DNA of 54,293 nt, filler included, from Perkinsus olseni (taxonomy: Eukaryota), in NCBI GenBank assembly GCA_013115125.1. It is 2 parts of 2 records of this genome, joined end to end, with 100 filler letters (N's around TTAATTAATTAA, not from the genome) between each part and the next. Parts side by side here need not be neighbours in the genome. Positions count along the whole stretch, not along the records: positions 1 to 27,113 come from JABANN010000473.1; 1 more part is not named here. The stretch is one strand, 5' to 3'. The translations under genes and the position numbers were made by a program. Below, one piece after another: positions 1 to 12,979 of this stretch. The first letter of the stretch is position 1; each line of letters starts with the position of its first letter. Under the pieces are notes generated by a model. It made no database searches, had not been told where the DNA came from, and worked only from the letters and a program-made list of their open reading frames with translations.

Positions 1-972
1 GACAATTGAAGATGGTGCCGTAACCTACTTTATCAGTCACTGTCACCGTATGACCATTAACGGTCCGAGTAGTCGTCGATGTACCTTAGGCGAACGATAG
101 AAAAGGTCATGGCTCCCGAGCCCCGACGTACTCTGACTCATTCCAGAGCTCCCGGTGTTTCCACCCGAGCTCCAGGTAGACGACCTGGCGAAGGTACCAG
201 AGCTAGCACTGCTGCCAATGTTAGCATAGTTGGTCCTCCTGGATGAACTCCGACTGCCGAAGCCTTGTGTGAAGAAAGGGTCGTTGAATACGGACACTAA
301 GCAGCATACCATGGAGGCCAATGCCGTCCGTGCTGACACCAGCCCGCCGATGTCCCCATCACTTCCAAGTATTACTTCCCGTTCCACCGCCACCTCGACC
401 GGAACTCATAGCCCTTTGCAAGTTGCCATTGACTAGATCCTCAAACTGCTGCCAAGGGTCACGACTCCCGAAGAACTGCTCGAATACCGAGAAAGCGTCG
501 TTCATGTCAAACTGATGATAGCCTGTAGTATGCATGGTCATCAAGCACTGACAATAGACTGGGCGTACTACCTTCGGCAGCGTTATTGGTGGATGCAGCG
601 TTGGTAGGAGCATTGCCTCCCTCTAGACCCTTCTTGCCATACGTATCATAGATTTGTTTCTTCTGAGGATCACTGAGGACCCCATAGGCCTCCGCTACCT
701 GCAAGAACGTCATTACGGCCACGGTACTGACAAGCCCTTCCCCCCGGAGGAACTCGTAGCCGCACACCTCCTTAAACATCCTCTCTGCAGCTTCACGATT
801 ATTAGGATTCTTATCAGGGTGCCACTTCAAGGCTGGACAGCATTGATGTATGATCTCCCTTCCTCCAAGTGGCGGTATTATTACCTTGCTTCTTGTAGGC
901 CTTCTTTATCTCAGCCTGCGTAGCCCTCCTAGACACATGCAGGACATCGTAGTAGTAGGTGTCGCCGGCCAT
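1..972 (-). CDS. DnaJ/Hsp40 J-domain protein (DNAJB-like), multi-exon, 3' end runs off the window
   Basis: Spliced minus-strand translation [72 protein letters not shown] has the HPD motif, followed by a G/F/S-rich region ([13 protein letters not shown]). Confidence 0.92.
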
Positions 973-1257
973 CAACAATTTTACAAAAACTATATAACCC
1001 TGCGAACAGCGGCTACGGACTCGCTCAGAAATTTCGAAGAGCCTCCACGCCAGTTCTCATTTCCAGAGGTCTTGCGCACTCGCACACTCTTGAAGTTCCT
1101 CTGCTCTCTCATTGGAGTACGGTGGAAGGCGCGGTGGGCCGACAGAGCCGGCAGCACGCTTATGTGTCGTTGGGTGGTGAGCTACGGTCGTCACATGAAC
1201 TCAAGAAACATACAACTGAGGAAACTTTTCTTTTCAAAAACACACAGTACGGGTAAA

Positions 1258-4200
1258 TCACAACAACATTCTTAAATGAGTCACAGCCCTGAATGCCTCC
1301 TCCCGAACAGCCAGTTTTGGGTCCTTGCAGAGGGTTTCCCAAAGGGTGCTTATCGCATCAGGGCGCTCATCGCTATTTCGAGTATCATACAGTTGCACAG
1401 CGAGTAGCCTGAATCGGTAGTCACTGCTAGAGGCCAAAGACAGCACTTGTGTTATCGGGAACTCAGGACCCAACCACTTAGCAATGATGGTGATGCACTG
1501 CCACACCAGGTCCTCTCTGCTGCCCTCAACAGCGTCGAAGTGCTCCTTGATAGCGGGCATCAACTCGCCTAGATCATTCGCTGACTTGTCGGCCAGGATG
1601 TACTGCATTTTGGCATCGTTCCACAAGCTTCCGAGACCGACAACCCCCTCAAGGGCATCAGCGATGTGACACAAAGTGCTCTTGAGATTTTTAACTCTGG
1701 ATGGAGCGCGGGTGGCCTGGAGGAGGTTTCGTGTGATGGCTTGAACCTTCTGTGCCTCGGTATCATCCGGGTTCATCGGCTTAGCACCCTTCACCTGTGA
1801 GAGCGAGATATCCATCGCCTCAGCAGAAGCCAGTCCTACTGATGGCTTACAGTAGGTACCCAATAGGAAGTCGAAGGCCTCAACATACGCCGACAAAGCA
1901 GCCTCGCTGCCTTCGGATACGAAATTAGAGTATAAGTCCGTCACCTGGCAAACCTGGACGTACAACAACGCCACATACCCATATTTGAACCCACCCGGTA
2001 GAATAGGGAGTAGGAGGAGTCCTTATCAGTAAGGACATGCTTCAATGTGCTCACAACAACCGAGTCCGCGGACTCCGCCAAGCCTGGTTTCCCTCGTGAC
2101 CATGTTTGCAACGCTGTAATACAGGATTCGGCAAGGTCTTGGTCACCAAGGCCATTCTCTAGAACCGGTAATAGGACCTGCAGAGAGCGTCAATCGAGCA
2201 GTATAAATGCAGCTTTACCGTCTGGATGTATCGACAGCGGGCCTCTGTGGTATCACAGAAGTCCTGCAAGATCCCGGGCCGACTGGCTATGTACTTCTTG
2301 AGAGCATCCGGCACTTCCTTAGACATGTCGATGCAAACCTCCAGCACTTGCCAATCGGGACACCATAGCATGTTACTAACACGAGAAGATGATTCTCTCG
2401 TCGGGGAGAGCCCGTACTGTATGAATGCAGATCCTATGGCCTGGACTATATCCTTATGGACGTGCTTCCTGGTACCATCACGGGTGAAGAGTCTATACTT
2501 CAACCAATACTGCCGACGGTCGATAGACCCAAAAGTAGCAGCAGCGCGATAGCATAGCTCTTTGTGTACCTGTATGCGGAGAGAGGCAGTTCAGAGTGAT
2601 TGCTTGGCTGTAGTATGCTAGGGTTACCGTCAGCTTGATGCCGGTTTGAGACGTGCTGCGAAATGTTGAGCCGATAAAGTCGTTGAAAAACTGATCCTCC
2701 GTTAAGGTGGTGGACGCTATTCGACTTAGACAAAACCTACAATACCCAACACAGTCATACCCCACTCAAGGGTAAAAGACTTACGGTGCTGTTCGAGCAG
2801 CATCACTGGTGAGAAGCTCCGGTGTCAAGAAAACCTGGGGGAGCGGGGACAAGTCGCGACGATGGGAACTGTCTTCGGATGCGGCTACCTTAGCTGATTC
2901 GGCATCAACAGTATCCATGCTCGACAGAAGCTTCATGTCGACCTCCATCAAGGCGAGGGCATCGTCTCCCTCCTGCTGCTGTTGATCATCCTTCTTATCA
3001 CTCGCTGCTACTGTATGCAAGCTCCCCTGGATATCTGAGCAGCGGGGCAGCCGTTGACTAGCTAGTCAAGCACGCACACAACGAAACTCACTCTTAACGA
3101 AGTAGGCTGGTTTCGTGGTCCGCAAGAGGGACTGTAGCTTATGATGCCTGACCAGGATCCTCACAGCCGCCACGCTTCAACCTAAGATTCCTACTTTGTC
3201 CGGTAGCTCAGCCTCTTGCTGTTATCTCCATTACTGAACTCTTCCTCCACCATTCGATGAATGACCTACTCGAAGATCGAGTCACGGCAAAGTATCGGGA
3301 GGCTTCAGTATCAGAGGCCCTCACCTCAACCTCAGCATCCGTCCACCAGCTCATGTCGAAGTCCTGCTTGCGGTACGCGCCGCCACTGAACCCCCTACAA
3401 CAGCGCGGTGGCTGCAACTTCTCGCACTGCAAGGGATATTCATCCAAAGGCCATGAAAGAGAATGATGCTTCAGACCTACCTTCTCTCCACCTGTAGCAG
3501 TGTCCCCGTTAGCAAACCTAAAGTGAAGGTGCGACCTCAGGCTGCGCTGCTGCTGTTACCTCGTCAACATCGATGGAAGTCTCCTCCGGGCTAGACGGAA
3601 GATCTGGTCATTGTCCGTTAGAAGCTTGGGTCGAGCTGTGACTATCTTCCGCAGCCACTGCTCTTTCTCTTTCGTCCACGGCCGTACTTCGAGAGCCTGT
3701 ATGAGGACGAGTCATAGAAGGTTCCGAGCTGACACCATCACCTGCACTAGGTTCGACTGTATTTCGATAAGCATGTCTATGACGCCCATCGGATGGCGTG
3801 GCCTGAAGGTGTACTTCTCAGGGTTCTCTACGATGTCCTCCACAATCGGACGAATAACAGGCAGTCTCAGGCCTTCGCCCTTCCCGCCACAGCTTCCCAC
3901 CAGCCGAAACACCTGAGGGAGATAGCCGCCATACGGACACAGTACCACTGTCCAACTGGCGATCGACGGCGGAGCGGAGGCAGCAGATGACGGCCTACCA
4001 CTCGTAGATCCTGTATGAGGTCCTTCGTGAGTCGATCCTTTCGTTGGTGGATATCCTGTAGGAAGCCACTAAAGTGGTGCAGGATCCGCTCGACCGTCTG
4101 CTTGCGTATACCAGTGATGTTCATCAGAAAGCCATCATCGATACTGATAGAAGACGATGACGTTATATCAGTGTCGACCACCGAGCGGTTGAACCTTACA

Positions 4201-5600
4201 CCGAGCTGTTGGATCGATCATCCGTGATAAGACGATCGAAAGCCTCCATCATCTTGTCCTCCCAAGTCTTGTACAGCTCACTATCCAGAGGAGCACTTCT
4301 TATGATGTTACTTATCAAAGCCTGCCCTTCCCGTGCTATAGCTAAGAGAGATGGGCGAATTGTGGTACGACTAGTTCAACTCACAGAGCCGCTTACGGGA
4401 TCCCTTGATCTGTTCTTTAGAACGGTTCAAGCTGGTAACAAGAGCATCGACAGCCTCTACGACAGCATGGGGATTCTTGCTCTTAGGCTCGCATAGTGGA
4501 GGGATCGGCAAGGACCTCAGTGCAGTCATCACGTCCTGAGGGCAGAAGAAAGAAGACTGTAGGATCTCCTGCAGATACCCGCCTTACTCCTCTAACAGGG
4601 TTCTGTTCATTGGCAATCTCCTTGACAGTCCTTTGCAGCACTTGCGGCAGCCGATGCTCCGCCTTGTCGTAGTGAAGGGCTTGCTGCAATCTGTTTTTAT
4701 ACGCCCACACCCCTGCATCAATAGTATTACGACCCCAAAAGGCTGGTGTCGTCTTCTACTTTTGGAAGTATCACTGCTCTTTAGCCTACCTGCCAGTACC
4801 GGATCTGCCTCACTGCCGGGCATGTACTCCACGTAAGCCAGACGCTGATCTTCATTGGGAAACTGCTTACTGTCAGAATAGTACCTGCTCTCCTAGCGTG
4901 ATGGATTCATAATCCCTCCTCGTCGAGAAGTCGGCGCAGCGACACCTCACGCCCTATCCAACTCATCATTACTTAAAGCAGTCGATAGCCACTTCCCCTA
5001 GTAGATCCAATTGGCCCTTGAGTGCTATACAGACATCCAAGGTTGGGATACGGCCCAGGGGGATATCGGCGACGACCGCCTTGTGCCACATGTAAGCTAT
5101 CAGGTCGTAGCGGAGCTGCTGACGGAGAAAGGATTTTGGATAACCCCAATGATGATGAGGGTTAGATTACTTTATTATTAGACACCCTCCGCGTGAGAGT
5201 GTGCATGTACTCCATAGACACGACCTCGGAGAGGAGCTCGAACGTCTCCTCTCGTCCCAAGTCCCGAACGAGAGCCTCCACAGGCCAATCACGAGCTGCG
5301 TTGAAGGATAAGTTCCCTAAGAGGAATATGGGCATGAATGGGCATTAAGACAGGGGAAGAGGATGCTACATGGATCATCCTTGTACGACAACGGCCGCCC
5401 GTGGTTCTTTTCCTTCAGCCATTTGATCACCTTCTTCGAGTGCCCGAATTCCATTAGCAGGCTCAGTATCTGAGGCAGCCAATCGATTATGATGATGGGC
5501 GAAGCCCCGGTCGTCGACCAGCGTACCGTACCCGCTAGTACGACACGCTGTTGCCTTTTCCAAAGCGAGCGGCAGCTCCCCGATAGTCGTGCATCCTAGC
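1258..5600 (-). CDS. Large multi-exon helical protein with C-terminal HEAT-like repeats (one gene, possibly two)
   Basis: Chain of minus-strand exon ORFs with GT-AG introns. The last exon (1258-1974) has HEAT-like segments (LASSSDYRFRLLAVQL; LWETLCKDPKLAVREEAFRAV). The 5' boundary is uncertain. Confidence 0.55.
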
Positions 5601-5819
5601 CTATTACACTATGATGAGGGCGCAGAAGGGAGTTTTCGGCAGTTTTGAGGAGGTAGATTGATTGGGTGATAGCGAATATACAGTCGGCGAAGATGACGAG
5701 AAAATACAACAACATGCAGCATGCAAGGTGACGCCGTTATGCCACTACGTGGCGGGCACGCGGTCGTCTTTCAGTCGTTTTTTGCCTCAATATTTTACGT
5801 TGCATTCTTTTGGTTCTAC

Positions 5820-8800
5820 GTTAGGTGGCAGCAGCAGCAGCAGCAGCTGCTGCTGCAGTAGCCATTGGGAAGGTATCCCTGTATAGTGGCATAAGAGTGA
5901 GATACAGTATCCTCCCACTCACTCCTGCCACCACCCTCAACTGCTACTTACCGGCATGATCCCTCGATCTACGAGCCAGTAAGCAGTGGTGCCTTTACCA
6001 GCACTAACCATCGCATCCATGTATGCCATTACCAGAGCTAAGGCCTTGGGCTCGGTATTGATGCGATGTCGGATGAAGTATTCTATCTCAGCGTGATACT
6101 CGACCGCTAGTGCTTCCCCCGTACTGAGGAGGAGCTCATCGGACTCCTGTCGCTACTACGGGCATTACTTTGACGTAGTTATGAAATCGAACATGGCTTG
6201 CGGGTATCGTAGGATAAGTTTACGAGATGTCGGCCCCGGACGAGGAACTACCACGGGTAGCAAACGGCATACGGTGGTCTCTGAGCCTGATACGGGGAAG
6301 AATGAGGGAAGACATTGATGGCTTATCTAGTAGTACAAGCAGGGAGCAGCTGTGTAGCGAGGTGGGGACCATAGCTGGCGAGCACAGCGTCAATGAGGGC
6401 ATCAGCGAGGTCCTGGAAGGATCATGAGTAGTTTTAGGATCGATTCATTGCGGTAATCGACAGCATTGCCTTACCTGCATATCATCATCAAGGATGGTGC
6501 TGATAATACATTTCTTCAAGCGCGGAGCTTGAGTGAAGATGAGATCCTTGGTGACTTCGGAGAGCCTCTCCTTATCACCTAAACCAGCATGACAGCGCAG
6601 CTTCCTGCTGAGTTCCTGAGTAAGCCTACCCTTGGCATAGATATCTCTGATCAGGGTTTCTGCTGCTTTGATACGGACTCTAGTGGACGCGGTGACAGTG
6701 ACGATGTTCTGCAGTCTATCGACATCTCGAACCACAGAAGCCAGGAACAGAGCAATACCTAGATGACAGCAAACGGCCATGAGTGTCGTACTTGTGCTGT
6801 GAGCATCACAGTCACACGGCCTTGTAAAACTGTCGAAATGTGCAACTAGCCAGAGGGATCAAGGATGGCAGACACCTCTGCTGCTTTATCAATTTCATCC
6901 AAGTCTAAAGCACTCACACCCAGCCAAACGATGCCACCTAGCAAAGGCCACTTCACGACGATCTCGACCCGAACTCAGTCACTCTTGCGATCCTTCCGAG
7001 GAAGAATGCGAAAGAAAAACCGGCTTCTCCACACAGTTGCGAACTCCTTATCCTGATGAGGGCAGCTTACTGTGAGCCCAATTAGCCTTGGATACGTCCT
7101 TGGTCCCTTCATCGATGAGCTCATCAATCATCAATGTGGAATCAATGACCTCCCCTGTTTGCGTGGTGGACGCTAAGTTTCGGAGATACTCCTGTCTCTC
7201 ATAAACAGAGCCACGGGCACTGAGTTCTGATTCTACTTCCGAGAAACTCTCTGGAGCAGCTGCGATCATTAAGAAGAAACGAAGAAAACTACACGACGAC
7301 CCGTCAATGATGAGCTACTCAAGAAAGAGAGGCCGCACAAGCACGTTGAACTCGGACGTCTCGGACGAACTCCCTGGGTAGCTCAAGCCCTTGCCCGAGA
7401 ATAGAACCCTTGTGTTGAGTCGTGGGTCGTTGAGTTGTCTTGCTGAGTCGTTCGTGGCGGTCGGCTCTACCATCTGTCATGCCAGTGCGTGTGTTCACGC
7501 GAGTTCCTTCTCTTGACCCTGCCTCCACGACTAGCACTCAAAACATGTAGGCCACAACATCATCAATACGAACATGCCAAAACAACAACAGCACCACAAG
7601 CAGCGGCAGCAGCAGCCTGATCATCTGCTGCTGTCGTAGGAGCTCACACTGGCAAAAAAGGAACCCCTTCTGCGGCCGTAGGAGCTCACACTGGCGTGAG
7701 GCGAATGTCTCCCAGTTGTCCACGTGTGGGAGTTCCGATCTTTTAATTCGTAAGCATACTTGACCCCAAGGGCTTCGCATCGATAAACGGTGGGCTCGCC
7801 CAGAAAGGAACAATCCTTGACGTAGGAGGTGTTAAAGTAGTCCTCAAGATGGGTCACGAACCTGATACAAGACCGAGGTGTTCAACGTCGAGTCCAACAG
7901 GACAATAATGTTGAGCTGCAGATACGACGGCCCGTCTCGTGTAACACTAGCAGCGTAAGTGATGGGCGGCCGAGTGGCATGTAGAGAAGCGGACAGGAGT
8001 AGCGAGTACGTCGAAGTCCTGTTTGCATGAATCTCGGGCCTAGGCTCCTTAAGGAAGACTTTCTCAGCGTTTGTGATGGTCCTGTTGGCAGAATCCTCAG
8101 CATAATACACAACACAAACCACGTCCTTGGGCCCTCCTTGCAAAGCGCATCCAAGAGCCTGAACCGTAAGAGCAGCAAGACTTGTGAATATGGATTTTGA
8201 ATTCATGCATTACTTTATCACACGCCTTGGCATCAGCCATAGCTGCGCCCAGCTCCTTGTGGTACATGCGAAAGTGCATCTGCAATTCGGCGCATATCTC
8301 CCACTTTTTCTTGAGCTTGAGGATACGCTCCACGTCTTTAATGAGCATAACGGTGCTCAGCCAGGTCCGCCTGAGCAGACGGCCAACAGTTGAGAAAAGT
8401 AACACCAATAATACATCTACGCCATTACTGAGCCCGAGTGAGGCTGCCGATCTCATTCATGTAGTAGAGTAAAACTCAGTATAAAGGGCGAGTATCGATC
8501 AAGCTCGATCGATGAGTCCACGAAGCAGTACTTACGTGCTCTGCTTTTTGCATAAGGTGGACCGATAGAAGATAGAGCTATCGTTGATGCCATTGTCATT
8601 TAACACTAGCTGAGTGCCCTTAGTAGAGCCATCAATGGGACATGCTATTTGCTAACAAACAAAGCAAACCGTACACCTGAATCCGATGCGTATAAAAGAG
8701 GTACTGTAATACCCTGATGGGGTCGGAGGATAGACGTCTTCTCGGCTGTCCCTCCTGAAAGGAGAATACCAATCACAAGTAGTAGGTATCAATACAAACA

Positions 8801-9500
8801 ACGGGGTGTTGTGGTACTACTACTACTCTCACAGATCGTGAGTGTCAATTAGCACTACTACTACTACTACTACCACTCCTATGCTACCTGACTAACATCA
8901 GATCCCGTCGAGCGCCTTATTGAGGCTCGTATCTGAGAAGACCAAGGCCATACACGTGGTAAGCAATGATGTGGCACCGAGTTGGCAGTGGATGCTGGTT
9001 AGGCGATAACATGCCGCACAATTCGTCGTACCTTGGAGGTTTCAGTTGATACACGCTGCATCGCCTCCTTAATCTGAAAGGGGTGGAGCATGGGACAGCG
9101 GTAAACCCAGAGAGTCTGCTGACCTTCGCGAAAGCCTTGGCGGCAACATCATCAGGTAGCAGTAGAATGTGGATGAGGAGAGTAATAGCGAACCTCATGT
9201 TACGGAGAATAGACTACGAATGTAGACGCACTTCGACAGCAGTTGGGCCCATTGGATAGACTCATTAAGACGAGGAAAGGAGTCACAGTAAGAGCCACAG
9301 GTGAGGACCCGACGATACCACCGACCAGCAAGTACATAGCAGCCCTTGAACACATGTCTAGCATGTGCTGTGACCCAAGAGGTGACCTTGCTGCTGCCAT
9401 CACGATGATGGCATCACCCCTAATCTCTGTTAAAGTCCTTCGAGTGGACCTATCTATAGCAGGCTTGGGGCGTCCAAAACATCATCCCCCACCGAGCAAG
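5820..9500 (-). CDS. Hypothetical multi-exon protein(s), one or two genes
   Basis: Strong minus-strand donors (CAG|GTAAGG ~6475, GCAC|GTAAGT ~8535, CCG|GTAAGT ~5950) and protein-like exons (LVLNDNGINDSSIFYRSTLCKKQST; RTWLSTVMLIKDVERILKLKKKWEIC; DKERLSEVTKDLIFTQAPRLKK). No family recognised. Confidence 0.45.
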
Positions 9501-9716
9501 GCTCTCGATATCGTCTCAGGTGTCCTATAAAATACCCAGGATTACCCTCCCGCGCGAGGGGACCCAGAGGAACAAAGTAGATGGCTCGGAAGACAAGTTG
9601 GAAATCTTGCTCTCTTAGGCTTCCTTAACGGGACTTTGCTTTCGCGGCTCAGAGGAGAACACTCAATCCGGGAAGGTAGTTGCTATTCAAGTTGGCCTCC
9701 TTCTCCTTGTACTGTG

Positions 9717-12700
9717 ATGGCACTGCCCACACCGCCGCGTCGTCGATACTCTTCCAGAATCATCGGTACAGTTAGCGGTCGAGAAGTAGCACCAACACCA
9801 GCCATGCTATCAGAGGAGGCTAATAATGGCAATGCTGCTGCTGCTGCTGCTGTTGATGGTAATACTAAAAGCGAACATGAGTATGGCCTAGAGCATAGCA
9901 GTAGTAGGCTCTGGGTGGCTGGCACGTAGTACACACCGCATGCCTATCAGAACCCCTCGAAGGGGGCAGCAACATAGCATGCATGGCAGAGGTAAGCATG
10001 CTCGACGTGCGCCTTGGGCACGTTACTCTCTAGATTCTATCCATCACCACCCTCCGAGGGGGGCTACTGGCTTGAGCTCTGCTCATGCTAATTATCTAGT
10101 GGCAATAGTAGTAATGATCATATCACTCACTGGCTTCTATGTATACTATACCGCAACGGATGACAACAGCTCAACAACAGCGATTAGCCCGACGCTGGCT
10201 CCGGCACCACCGCTCACTACTGTCGTAGATTATGCTAGAGAGGTAGAAGAGGTCAAAGATACTCATGGGAAAATGTGGCTGGATGAGCGGCAGGAGCTGC
10301 AAAGAGAGCTTAGGCGGGCTTATGATGCTGCGAAGAGGGAGAAGGAGCGTGCAGCAGAGGACAGGAGGGCATTAGATAGGCTTCAAGGGGATATAGGGAA
10401 AAGGGACCAGCGTATCCAACGCCTCTTAGAAGAGATGAATACTGCACGGGAAGGCCTGAGGGAGGAGTCGAGTAAAGTGCATCTACTGGAAGATCATATA
10501 GCTAGTCTTGAAGCAGAAGTCAGTAAACTGCAGGCCGACGTGCGCACTGAGCCAGCCGAGGAAGTCCGTGTTGAAGAGCCTGTGGAGGATGGAAGGATCT
10601 TCAACTATGTCATCAGTGCTGCACTTGGCTTGCTGGCCTTGGTGGAGATATTAGCGGCTAGGACTGATTCAAGATTGCGGGTCGGTGCGATACAAGCAGA
10701 GGAGCAGGTATTATCACCAGATGAGTCCGATTACAGTGCACAGCCGTTCGTCAGGCGCAGAGGCTGACTACTGCTTTGGAGGAGGCATCTGCGGTCTGTG
10801 AGGTTTTGAGCGAGGAGAAGAGGTCACTATCGGAGCAGCTAGAGAAGGCGCTGCACGACAAGGAAGACAACGCCTTGGCATTATCTGACGCCTTGGCCAC
10901 AGTAGGGCCCATCCGCCCGTGGAATCCACTTCGTCTTGCCTTAGCTTGCCTCCAGTCGGGACGAATTCACGAGATTTTCGGAGGAGCAGGCTAAGAGGGA
11001 GTCGGCCCTACTCGATCGAGTATGTTCTTAACCATCATGGCCTGCTGATTGCTACCTTCTACTACTGCAGTTGGCCGACAGTCAGAGTGCCATGTCCAGT
11101 GCCCGGTCTATGGCTAGCCAAGCCTTTGATCTCAAGCTGGCATCATCATCATCGTCATCACACGACGTACATCAGCCTCATCACGAGGGACTAACGCAGC
11201 AACAGGAGCAGACTGGGAAGAGGTCTAGCCTCGATGGTAAGCCAGTGGAGTGGTATTCTAAGGAGGATAAGGAAGGTAGAGGCATGACCTGAGAGGAGAG
11301 GCATCGATATTGTCATCAGCATCGACCTGCCCACCATCTAATGTGAGCTCAGCAGTCTGTTGCCCACCGGCCGATGGGGGAAGAGAAGAAGAAGCGGTAG
11401 TAGTCAGGAGGCAGTACTCAGCTACAACTCAGCTGGTGAGGGAGGATCCTTGCTGAGGTCACTATCTACAGAGCACTGCTCAGAGCACTGGTGGGTCCGC
11501 CTCTGATGTTACTTCACCGTCACGGCATCCCCTGACTCCTATCATGCTACCAACCTTTACTCCAGCAGGGAAGGCCACTACTACCACCACCACACAGGTC
11601 GTGCCTGCTTGATCCTCTCGTATGAGCACTCTAAACCGTAGGCCTGTGACACGGCTGCTGCTGCTGCTGCTGCTGCTGCTGATGAACCACAGGACGCCAG
11701 CACCCCTCGGGCTAGAACCACTAAGGGCAGTGACGACTCATCTGGTGGTGTTGCTGAGGCAGTGGGTGGTCTGGCGTCACCAAGGAGGGCGGCATCTTCT
11801 GTTGTGCCTACACCTCTTCCAGTGAGATATGACCCTTATGAGGAAGAGCCCAGTTGGCTGACTGCCGGTAGTAGTGACTAGGGAGACTGAACATCATCAT
11901 TGCTGCCAGCAGGGGGGTCCCCGGAGGGTGTTGTCACTCCGTCGTCCATCACCCACCCGTCCCCCGGCCCAACCGATATACCGCGACAGGAGGAACTCAG
12001 TCCGTTGAAGATGGAAACGCCTGCAAGAGATAGTGCGTTATTCCGTCCCTATAGTGGTTAGTATTTTCTCCAGCCTCCCTACCTGTCCGGCTACCTTCTA
12101 GTCACGAAGTGCGTGTCCCTGACGTTGTCTCCAACTTGGAGGCCTTGGTGATAGTAGCATGCTGGCCAGCTCACTGATCGATCGTTCCCTCCTGGTCAGC
12201 TCCGCAGTAAGGCTGTTGAGGGTATGAGCCCACTAGATGTGGTGTCCGAGGCGCCATCTGTCAATAGGACAGCTGCTGTGATGGGTAGGAGGAAGAGACC
12301 TAACAGTATAGACAGGACTTGCTGCCCTATGAGGACACCGAGGACTAACTCGCCTAAGAAGTATCTCATCTTGGGCACCCTGCAGTGCTTTTCGTATGCT
12401 GTCGATCAGGTCCACGCCGGCTTCGACCCCCACCCGTGGCCCGGGGATAGCTCGCTCTAAGGCCCATCCTAAGGCCTCTATCAATCGACTACCACTGGAT
12501 CGTAGGATCCTCAGGTTCGACTTGCTGCCAGGTTCTCATCAGGGCTTAGCTTCACAACGGGGGCCACCACGACGACGACAGGCTACAGCAGACGCCAACC
12601 CAACCCTCCCGAAAGTGCTAGGGTTCGACGAGGGTCTACTGGCTCGATGGATCATAATACAGAAAGCAAGGGTAGTGAGGATGGCCATCGCTGTGCCGTA

Positions 12701-12898
12701 CCGCCGGGTAGTGGAGGGGGTGTGGTTACCAAGGGTGGTAGAGTAAGGCGTAGGGATGGATATGCTACTAGTGTGACTCCAACCTCATCTGTGAAAGGAA
12801 GGTAGTAGTAGCAGGCTACTGAGGGGGTACAGGGATTGCCGTCTCCTGTTGTCAGCCAATGCTGCTCTAATGAGCGTCGTCCACGATGGCGGAACTGA
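9717..12898 (+). CDS. Membrane protein with coiled coil and long Ser/Pro-rich low-complexity tail (hypothetical)
   Basis: ORF 9940-10767 has a TM segment (YLVAIVVMIISLTGFYVYY), a heptad-rich coiled coil and a second hydrophobic segment. Downstream exons are low complexity. Boundaries approximate. Confidence 0.55.
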
Positions 12899-12979
12899 AG
12901 TGCATCGTGAGCATCATTGTATCATTAATCCGGCAACGAGTACATCATCATCATGAAGGCGGCCTAATATGCCTTTACT

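Noticed and set aside
1000..1019. TCCGTAGCC on the minus strand upstream of DnaJ, resembling the 5' end of the dinoflagellate/Perkinsus spliced leader
   Set aside because: Only 9 nt match and the TTGGCTCAAG half is absent. The same word recurs near 53083 and is expected by chance; the gene also has introns.
5829..5858. (CAG)n(CTG)n self-complementary tract
   Set aside because: Simple trinucleotide microsatellite of a kind common throughout this contig.
7636..7696. Direct repeat CGTAGGAGCTCACACTGGC x2, checked as a CRISPR-like unit
   Set aside because: Only two copies, eukaryotic context, no cas genes; a local duplication.
7621..8456. Faint MULE-transposase resemblance (HLEDYFNTSYV, Cys/His clusters)
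   Set aside because: No DDE or CxxH arrangement and no TIRs; Cys-rich parts fall in probable introns.
7308..9530. Alternative plus-strand gene model
   Set aside because: Minus-strand splice sites and exon translations are more convincing, though not proven.
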